Below are positions 54,958 to 64,000 of a stretch of 64,000 bases of DNA, one piece after another (the first letter of the stretch is position 1; every line of letters begins with the position of its first letter). The notes under the pieces are model-generated. The model worked only from the letters and a program-made list of their open reading frames with translations. It did no database searches and was not told where the DNA came from. This stretch comes from Lingula anatina (Eukaryota; Animalia; Brachiopoda). The DNA lies in NCBI GenBank assembly GCA_051362555.1, contig CM120643.1, forward strand, positions 2,666,001-2,730,000. Reading direction: 5' to 3'. The position numbers and the translations under genes are program-made.

Positions 54958-57900
54958 GAGAATAATTTATTGTCATATTTATACATAAAGGCATTAAATG
55001 AAAATTGATATGATCTATCGATGAAATAAAATAGAGTAATTAAAATCCATTTTGCTCATAAAAAATACGTACTGCTGATGGGTAAAAGCTATTTGAAGTT
55101 GTCATTAATGACCGTGTAGTCGATTTGATGACACGGGTATAAGTAAACTATATGCTTTATAGTTTATACTTACACCTTCACTCATGAATACTGTGTACAA
55201 TTGTACCCCTAGAATCGGCATCACCGGTATGACAGACATGGTAGTCCTAGGAATGGAAGTTCAGGAACTGTCGGCTATAGTACCGTACAGGTAAGTGTTA
55301 TGTGAGGTATATTCCGATTAGTATATAAGACGAACGACACCTGTATTGAAATATATCTCCAAAAACGTCTTAATTATCCTTTGAAGACAGACTCTTTGTT
55401 GAGGTCCTTTGCTGGGAAAATTGATGAAATCGAACACAGCAGTACCATGCATTTTATTAAGCTATATAAATCATAACCTACTTTTGACTTTGCTTACATA
55501 TTTGTGGTCAGGGAATATTATCTGTGAGGTTGACAGCAGTTGAACTGAATCTTAATAAATACTCGCATTTCAACGAATAATCACCCCTTAATCCGAATAA
55601 AGCGCTTATCGCCACTATTACATATCATCTCTACATCTCCAGATATATTTGATTCAAACCCTTAATGATAACATCAAAAGTTGCAACTTTACAGTAACCC
55701 GCCCTAAATTTTGCCACATAAGCGATACATTCAATCTGATTGGAAAGTTACCTTATCGATGTTATATTTCCTTAACTCGTTTAAAAACAACGAATTACGT
55801 TAAGAGTCAATATTTAATCCAGTTATCACCCCCATAAGTCAAACATAAAACCTGCAGTGTTCTTTTCTGATTGTCACATATTGACTTATTGGTTTAGTCA
55901 TAGAGTATCTTGAGTGGGCTTTTTTTCTGTTTTTTTTATTTCACCCATGGTACAGTGGCGGGTTATTTAGGGGGTTGCCAGGGGGGTCCCGAAAAAAATT
56001 ACAACACTTGAAATTAGAATTTTGACTAGCTGAATCGTAGTTCTAAACAGAAACAAATTGCACCGTTCACCCCTAAAATACCATTTTTGGGGCCTGCTGA
56101 AGGGCCCCGAACCCCAAGCCTACGGGGGGTGGAGGTGGAGTGGGGATGGGGGCAGGAAGGTCGGCTTCGCATCCGCAGACCCCCCTCTTCAAATGATCTC
56201 CGACTGTGCCGCCCCTCTCCCCGTGGCTCACAGTGAAACAGTGAATATATCACATGGGGCATTATTTGAACCCTTTGGTCGTCGAATCTGCCACTGTGCC
56301 ACTCCTATCCATGCTCACTAGATTGCTGTCAACTTAGCCGGCTTAAATGTCTGCCCCACCTACTAAAAGCTGTAAGGGGGTAATCAACTTCCGTGCGCGC
56401 TCGGCTGACAGCAAATATACAATCATAGGCCAACTTACCTACTATAATAAGTCTGCCCTCAGAAACCTGCACATGTTGCAGTGGCATTTGGTCATTGAGG
56501 CAGGTGAGTCTATTTCAGCCTGGATACACCTCCTCCCCCTTAATAAAAAAGGTGTAACTTCACAGGCAAGATGACAAGCACGTTTTTTTAACACGAAAGC
56601 GTTACTTGGCTAAATAGTTGTTCTCATGTCATACAGTTGAATGTCAGAAATTGAATGATAGAAATCTCGGGAAATTTAGAGGCCTGCAAGCGCAGGGAAA
56701 TTATATGTAAAGAACTACATATATAAGAAAAATTTTAATATTATACTTGTCGTACTGGTATTGTATTATCTTCATTCTCAATTATTTATTTTTTTGTGAT
56801 TAACATTATTATGTTGTAAATTGTTGTACCGTACTTATGACAAGAATGTCACGGTAAATAAACTGCTACTAGCCGGTTAACTTTGATGTTGACAGCAATA
56901 ACTTTCAGGTGACATCAGATGACACTAATTGCTATGTTTCATTTAAGTATGACACATTGGTCTGGATACAAGGTTAAGCGATTTCTTCTCTTTGGTCTTA
57001 TTTCAAGATCTGAGTTGTCATAAACATTTTTATTAATCAGGACACTTTTTCTCTGCAGTTTTTTTTTTAGCCATAAATCACCCACATACAAGTTTATCCC
57101 ACCATTTTTCATGGGTCTGTCACAATTGACAACCATATTCATTGTTTTAATATAAAGAGGCAGATCTGAGACCAGGCTGATGGCTAAAGACCGTCGAAGC
57201 AGAGCTGAAACAATTGGGAGATAACCCATAAAACACTGCCCTTGATTGTGATTGCAGAGAGCACGGGAAAATCTTTGACGCCATCCAGCTAGCAAGAGGA
57301 ATTGGGGATGATGATATTTATTGTGCTTCCCAAAAACCTGCTTTATGTAAATGAAAGTAATGATAAATTAATTTTATTATAAAATTTAATGTGAGTCTTG
57401 ATGCGACTGTCTAAAACAATGGCCTGATGAAATAATGCATGTGTACATGAAAACAATATATTTTTTTACTTCTAAGGTTACAGAATGTGTAAAGCCTATA
57501 ATTAAATGGTTGACAAAAATAACACGTGAAGGGTATCAGGATACATAGGTGGCCTCAACATGAGTGCTGCTTTGCACGTTTTAATATATTACTAACTACA
57601 TGTAGGCGTATGTGTGCGTCATGTGTGCATAGTGCGTTGGGTGTATAGTTCACTCTTTTTCACTAATAATTATATAGTCAATTGACATTTTCCAGACGCC
57701 GTATATAAATATTAAACTTCGTTCAGATCCATTAAGGTCGACAAAAGGAACAAATTTGAAAAAATTAACAACGCCATTTAAAGAATTTTTAAAATATGCA
57801 CGAAGAAACAGAGATGGTAGCTTGGAAATTTCATGCACGATATTTACGACCGTTTTTCTACTCCTCCGTGAAATTGCTACATTGCAGGGAATCTTTTACA

Positions 57901-58450
57901 AAGATCATATTTCGAAACCATTTTTCAGGTAGATCTACAATATAACAGGGAATTCATCTCGGGCTACGGGGTCCCATATAGTTATTACAGTTTAGGGTTA
58001 GTTGGAGTATTGGGGTTAGTATATGGGACGAATGTCACCTGTACAAAGTTATGGGAAACGGACTGCGATTCCTAGCGGACTGCCATTCCTGTCACTCCGG
58101 TACCCACCCGTTGGGCAGATCTCCCTTTGCGGAGCAGACGGTGGATTCTGCCTACTGGGAACTGAAGTCCAGCACAAAACCTCTAATCTTGATAATTTTT
58201 TCTTTATTTATACAATTTATGATGTTTATGTTTTGTACAAGGTTGTCCATTCTGTTCTTCCTCAGGGTATCCCTTTGATTTTGCATGGATTTTGAAATTT
58301 CTTGAATGGTAAAAGCAATTTATTTATTAAATGTTTACAAAAGTAGAATGTAAAAAAAATCTTTACACTAATGTCTAAGATTCTTGTACAATTAGAGCTA
58401 CATGTTAAGTACAAAAACATTGGTTCTGATAGTCTAAGAGCATATCATAA

Positions 58451-58618
58451 CAGGCCCGTAGCCAGGGGGTGCTTGGGGGTTTCGAAAGAACCGACCTTTT
58501 TGCTTGGAAAAGGTCCACTCTGGGTACAATTTGACCTATGTACATGAGGATTTTATGGTAAAAGGTCCACTTTTTTCAGAAAACGACCCCCCTTCCGAAA
58601 TAACTGGCTACGGGCCTG
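58451..58618. mobile_element. Short TIR element CAGGCCCGTAGCC...GGCTACGGGCCTG with 5-bp TSD
   Basis: CATAA on both sides (58446-50, 58619-23). Confidence 0.75.
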
Positions 58619-58640
58619 CATAAACCTAAACAGTACTTAT

Positions 58641-58814
58641 CAGGGGCGGATCCAGTTATTTTCTGACAGTCTTCCAAATTATCTTTGTTGATCAATCCTT
58701 CATTTTTGACCGTCTTCCGACAGAAAAAAATTAAAAATTAGATACCCGTCAATGTAAACTTGAATATCTGACCGTCTTCCGGAAGACCCAGAAGATGGCC
58801 TCAATCCACCCCTG
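58641..58814. mobile_element. Short TIR element CAGGGGCGGAT...ATCCACCCCTG with 5-bp TSD (related copies ~10597-10720, ~49855-50018, ~52802-52965)
   Basis: CTTAT on both sides (58636-40, 58815-19). Confidence 0.75.
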
Positions 58815-59077
58815 CTTATGATTTCATTGAAAAAAGGTATGATTGATACATTTGGGGTATGAAAGTAAGAAACATTTAACCCGTCCAACAAAACAGAAGT
58901 CTCTTACTTTTCCTTCAGTTGGGATAAAGATGAGTACCACAAGGAGTAAAAAAAACTTGCCGGAATGAATTCTGAAGAAATTCAACAGATGCCCCCCCCC
59001 CCCCCCCCCCAGCATTTTCTCAGCCTTCAGCCCTTTTAATACATCAATTAGACCATAATAGACAAATGAGTCATTTA

Positions 59078-60380
59078 CTAACACTACCTGCAGATTTTTT
59101 TAGCACTAACACCCAAATTAACCACAAAACCCACTAATTAACCAACACACCGTAGAACTAATTAGCATCAACACAGCGATACCTAGCACTAACATTCATC
59201 TGCTCTGGTAGTGCTGGTTAATTTGTGGGTTATGTGGTTAATAATGGTGTTAGTGCTAAAAGATCTGGAGGTAGTGTTAGACTGGGTTCCCATCCCAAGA
59301 ATGACTGACTAACAGGATTGTTCCATCTCCACGGGATTTCTCTCTAAATTGCTTTCAGCTTAGGTGGCTGAGATGTCTGGCATGCCTGCTTAACTATAAT
59401 CAATTACCCTCGAACAGTTTCAGTAGGTGCCCCAGACATCTAAGCCACTTAAAGGGATAACTTTTCGTTTTGGCCAAAAATGAATTTTTCTGGAGTAAAC
59501 AACAATTTTTCCATACTTACCAATGGTTAATGAATCCATTTTTACATTCAAAGTTAGTCCCTGTTTTTTTTTTTCTAAAAAGTTTGTTTTTTTTGTCAAA
59601 ATCTCTTAAGAGATTATAACAGAGTATAGCCATCAATGGAGGTCACATGGTCTAAAGACAATCTCAAATATCAGAAAAATAACTATAACTGCTGTTTTTG
59701 TAGTAAAACAGAATATATAATATTTCTATGAGTTATTCACAATGTTTTTATTGTGAAATATAGACCTCATACAAAGAGTCATTATCCCTTTAAGTTAATT
59801 GCAATTAAGCAACAAACCACCTTGGAGATAGTTCCATCCAAAGTAAGTACGATATCTCCGGGAATGGTCTCTTAGGAAACGCCTAATTCGTTTATTATAA
59901 AGCCTTTCAATAGCATGTGGTCATAATCGTCTCCTGGACTTGTGACCCACCAGTCAGTAGATCTCAAAATGAAACTTAGGCTGTATTCCCAGAGCGTTTA
60001 GATCGATCTATCCCTGCAGTGAGTCTCACTAGATTACTGTCAGATGATCCAGCTTAAATGTCCGTCCCGCCTACTACAAGCTGTAAGGGGATAATTAACT
60101 TTCGTGTCCGCTCGGCTGACAGCTATTCAGCGTGAACCCCCAGGGAGTTAGGTCGATCTAAAGTAGATCGATTTAATCTCTGGAAATGGGGTCTTAGACT
60201 GGGTTCCCTTATCTAGTTTGATATAACAGGATCAATCCATCTCTGAGGATTAATTACTCCCTAGTGGCTTCAGTAGGCATGACAGACACCTAAGCCGCTT
60301 AAGCTGATTGCAATTTTGCAAGAATCCCCTCAGAGATAGATCGATCCACAGCTAGTATGATAGGGTCTGGGAATGGTCCC
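59078..60380. mobile_element. Nested MITE cluster directly 3' of PRMT5
   Basis: Palindromic element 59078-59279; M1-like 59280-59871 containing a Kolobok-like M2 at 59453-59789 (TTAA TSD); tandem M1-like copies 59979-60193 and 60197-60380 separated and flanked by TTA. Confidence 0.75.
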
Positions 60381-60386
60381 TTAAGC

Positions 60387-63300
60387 TCAGAGTCCAATAA
60401 AATAGGACCTCCCCTTGGTGTTGTGTACAGGCTGAGGGTGAGGTTTGGTCACGCACCACTCGTACCACACATTCTTCTGAGTAACTCGACGCCAGAAGTG
60501 GATTTCTAATACGTCCCCTGGCACCAGGTGTATGGGGTTCTGGAGGACACAATTAACAGACATTAATTCAAAATTGAAATGCAGTAAAATTTCTAAATTC
60601 AATAACATTTTCTGTCATTTTTTTATTAAGTGAGATGTGCAATGTTGTGGGATATGCAAATATAGTCCTTAACTAAATTTATCTAATCAAAAAATTAATA
60701 AGCATACTTGTTTGTCTTAATCATCAATATTACATATAAAAACTGATAGACTTTATCTGCAAAAAAAAAAAAAAAAAAAAAAAGTCCACTTTCTTATAAC
60801 AGAATATCATTTCTATTGAAGTAAAAATATGATAACACAGAACTTACAAATTATATGAAACAAAACATATTTATTCACTCACTTTTATTGGAAAGAAGAT
60901 TGGAAACCAACTAAACATTCCAGGGGAATGGGTCTCTGGAGTTATACCTGGATACAGAGAATACACTCAATTAATCATTATCTTATCACTTGTAATTGTG
61001 GGTAATTATGCTAATATGAGAGGATTGCCACAAAAGACATTATATTACATAAAAGCACACTGCATTCAAAGTTAACAAATATGAAGCCAAAAATGAACCA
61101 ATTACAATCAACTTCAAATAGTATTTTTCACACTGATATAGATTAACTGTAATAAGAATTTCAATGACTATTATTCTTTTAACTGTTGAAAATTTAGGTA
61201 CAAGAATAACGTTAATCTCTGTCCCTCTAATCTTTTATAGCTTCAAACACAATTTTTGCCTTGTCCAAGTAATATTTGGCCACTTACTTAATGTCACGTC
61301 GCCATATAATCTAGTGTCAAAATATCCTCCAAATCCATGGAGAACACAGTCCTGAGTGACAGAGAATTGGAGACTTTTATACCGTGTATTGTCTATCAAA
61401 CCTGAAAATATATTGAAGAGCAATAAAAAATTACATTCTTTCAATAAACCATATAATGATATAAGTATTATATAAATGTGACTTAGTGCAAAGCAACTGG
61501 CAAATACTAATTTGATCAATCTTCACAAATACATTTTAAATTATATGCAAAATATCTTAACTAACTTTGAAAAATAAATATGCTGGCACACAATTTGGGG
61601 GAGAGGAGGAGGGGGTTTCCACCCTCTCCTTCCACCACTGGAAAATGCCCCCCCCCCTGCCCCACTAGAAATCCCGAACCAACCTGTATAAAATAGCACT
61701 GGGTAATTGTTAGCTGTCTTTGCTTACTGTGGTCTTATTAGAGAGAAGTTATAATAATAAAATAATAACAAAGAAAAATAAATTAAAAAAATAAATAAAC
61801 AGTGCAGGAGGCGGTCATAATAGTTAGGATAAAGGCTAGCAGCACTGTTACTTACCTCTGTTTGGATGAACAAAAGTAAATAAAGACTGGCAGTCTGCAA
61901 TATTAAAGACGTTGTGCAGCCTGACAACATATGGTGTTTCAAATGGAGCCTAGAAGCAAGAATGCAAGTTCCATTTAAGCAGTGTGTGAAAATAATCACA
62001 AGTATCTAACATCTTTACCAAATTGTTTTGTAATTGTATTTATACTAAACAATTCATATCGCATCCCACCATTAATGCTATTCATGAAATTTTTAGATTT
62101 GCCCTAATTGTAAACAATGACAGCATTGTAGCAGGTGATAAATTAAATGTGTTGTGATGAGTGTGAAGCCACTGTACAAGACAAGACAGCATAGTGTTGG
62201 ATGTGACAGCATTGTGTTGGATGAGACAGCATTGTGTTGGATGTGACAGCATTGTGTTGAGTTGGATGTAACAGCATTGTGTTGGATGTGACAGCATTGT
62301 GTTGGATGTGACAGCATTGTGTTGTGTTGGATGAGACAGCATTGTGTTGGATGTGACAGCATTGTGTTGTGTTGGATGTGACAGCACTGTGTTGGATGTG
62401 ACAGCATTGTGTTGGATGTGACAGCATTGTGTTGTGTTGGATGTGACAGCATTGTGTTGGACATGACAGCATTGTGCCGGATGTGACAGCAATGTGTTAA
62501 GCAAGACAAACTGGTGCTTGGTATGATAGTATTCTGTTTGACATAACACTATCTCCCCCACCTCTGGATGTTTATCTTTCTCCCTGCACTGTCTGACCTC
62601 ATTATACAGCTTGGCAGACTGGAGAGGGTTCAAATAGGACGTGTACTCACAGGGAATGCTAATTCCGTCCTCTGAAATGTTGGAGATCTTTGAAATTTCA
62701 TTTTCTAGTGCCTATTTACATAATATTTAGAAATCCAGATTATACTCCATACACTTGTTGGCACAGTAAAAGGAAAAAGGAATGAGAGGCTAATATCTAT
62801 TCTTGTTAACGTTTTTATAATAATTGTTTGAAAGTAATAAGAATACAGCAATTTTCACAATTCGATTATATTTGTGCACCATCTATAAACACTAGAAATA
62901 TCTTTTTTTGGTTAATAAAACAAACTACAAATTTGAAAATTGTTAAAAATCAACAAACATTATTCAAATGTTCGCATTTACCTTTGAGAAATCTTTGAGC
63001 ACCATCTAAACACTCTGGAGAGAGTTCATTGTCGCTAAATGACCCGAGGAGTTCACTGACTAAAATGTCCGCCTTCTCTGGCGCCTCCCACTCTCGCATG
63101 TCACATGATACTACCGTCACCTGGTTGCCCCACATCTCCGCTTTCAGGTTCTCAAGACTGATAGAAAGATAAAAATAATAACAATAATAATGCAGCAAAA
63201 GTTGTATCACTGGATAATGAGTACAATATACAAAGAAAGAAGAGTCAAACTTGAATGGCTTGAATTTGAGTATTACCCAATCTTTTTCAAAGCTTACCGC

Positions 63301-63773
63301 ATTCTAAAAATATATTGTTTTTTTTCTTCCTTTTATTTTAAATCCACACACAACTGAGAATTTCAATTAATATAACTTCCTTAATTGCTTCATAGGAGAC
63401 ACGTACACTGCTACAGGACATCAATGTACACACAAACATTTTATTTATTTTATTTCAATCTGTTGGTAAATTCATAGTGAAAGTTTCAAACCTAATACAG
63501 GCCAGCTTCTTGATTTCTAAGTGTCCACAGAGTGCCTTGCGGAAATTTGATTAAGTATACATTAAACCTGAGTGATGCTCAGCGTGATGGACTAAAAACA
63601 AACTTATTATGTTCAAATAAGTTAAGAAACATTATGATTGGTCAACTTACGTGACAACTGCATTTGGGTTTTTCTCCACAGCGTATATCCTGAGCTGCCT
63701 GTCTGCATTCTTGGCTGCGGTAATGGCTGCTCTCACAAGAGGACCCCTGCCAGCGCCCACAACCATTAATATG
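60387..63773 (-). CDS. PRMT5: Protein arginine N-methyltransferase 5, 3' seven coding exons (gene continues beyond the window)
   Basis: Exons 63651-63773 ([11 protein letters not shown]...[13 protein letters not shown]), 62982-63157 ([36 protein letters not shown]), 62562-62671 ([11 protein letters not shown]), 61856-61949 ([11 protein letters not shown]), 61288-61401 (LHGFGGYFD), 60883-60947 ([17 protein letters not shown]), 60387-60539 (VWYEW...GRSYFIGL*). Confidence 0.96.
62185..62498. repeat. 20/25-bp minisatellite in a PRMT5 intron
   Basis: Unit tgtgttggatgtgacagcat, with occasional extra tgtgt. Confidence 0.92.
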
Positions 63774-64000
63774 CTGAAATGAAGGCAAAATGATACAATG
63801 TGGCAAGCCATTCTTGCTGACCCCTGTCTTTAGATTCTTTGTGAAACACTCCTAGTCGACTGCAGCGTAGTCGACCTAGCTAGGTTACTCAACTCGGGCT
63901 AGTCTACTATGGACTTAAGATTCTTTGTGAAACGGGGGCATGGGCAACTTTTTATGAAAGGTACTTGCAATTCACCTGCTCTCAGTTTTCAACTTTCAAA

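Noticed and set aside
62082-62633. Three overlapping minus-strand ORFs with [10 protein letters not shown] repeats
   Set aside because: Translation of a 20/25-bp intronic minisatellite between two PRMT5 exons.

Overview
AT-rich, intron-containing animal DNA, probably invertebrate; the taxon cannot be fixed from sequence. (1) Bases ~116-21990 are a large inverted duplication (arms ~116-9023 and ~11968-21990) holding two intact, convergent copies of a 10-coding-exon secreted D8C-4xEGF-ZP protein gene (OIT3/UMOD/GP2-like, 618 aa each). Each arm carries its own transposon insertions, the spacer holds a tRNA-Asn pseudogene, and a relic of a third copy lies at ~22.5-22.9 kb. (2) An intact 8-exon secreted glycoside hydrolase family 1 gene (31241-35933). 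(3) A Crypton-like tyrosine-recombinase element with an intron-containing, singly frameshifted ORF, joined head-to-tail to a non-autonomous mini element with strongly structured ends (41060-44268), followed by a decayed coiled-coil/Pro-rich/BEN-domain gene. (4) A 3-exon secreted stand-alone VWD-domain gene mostly missed by the ORF track (47928-49368, minus). (5) The 3' seven coding exons of PRMT5 (minus). The rest is LINE fragments, solo LTRs, Tc1, Kolobok-, Harbinger- and Helentron-type non-autonomous elements and minisatellites. All exon structures and translations were derived by hand; no database searches were run.
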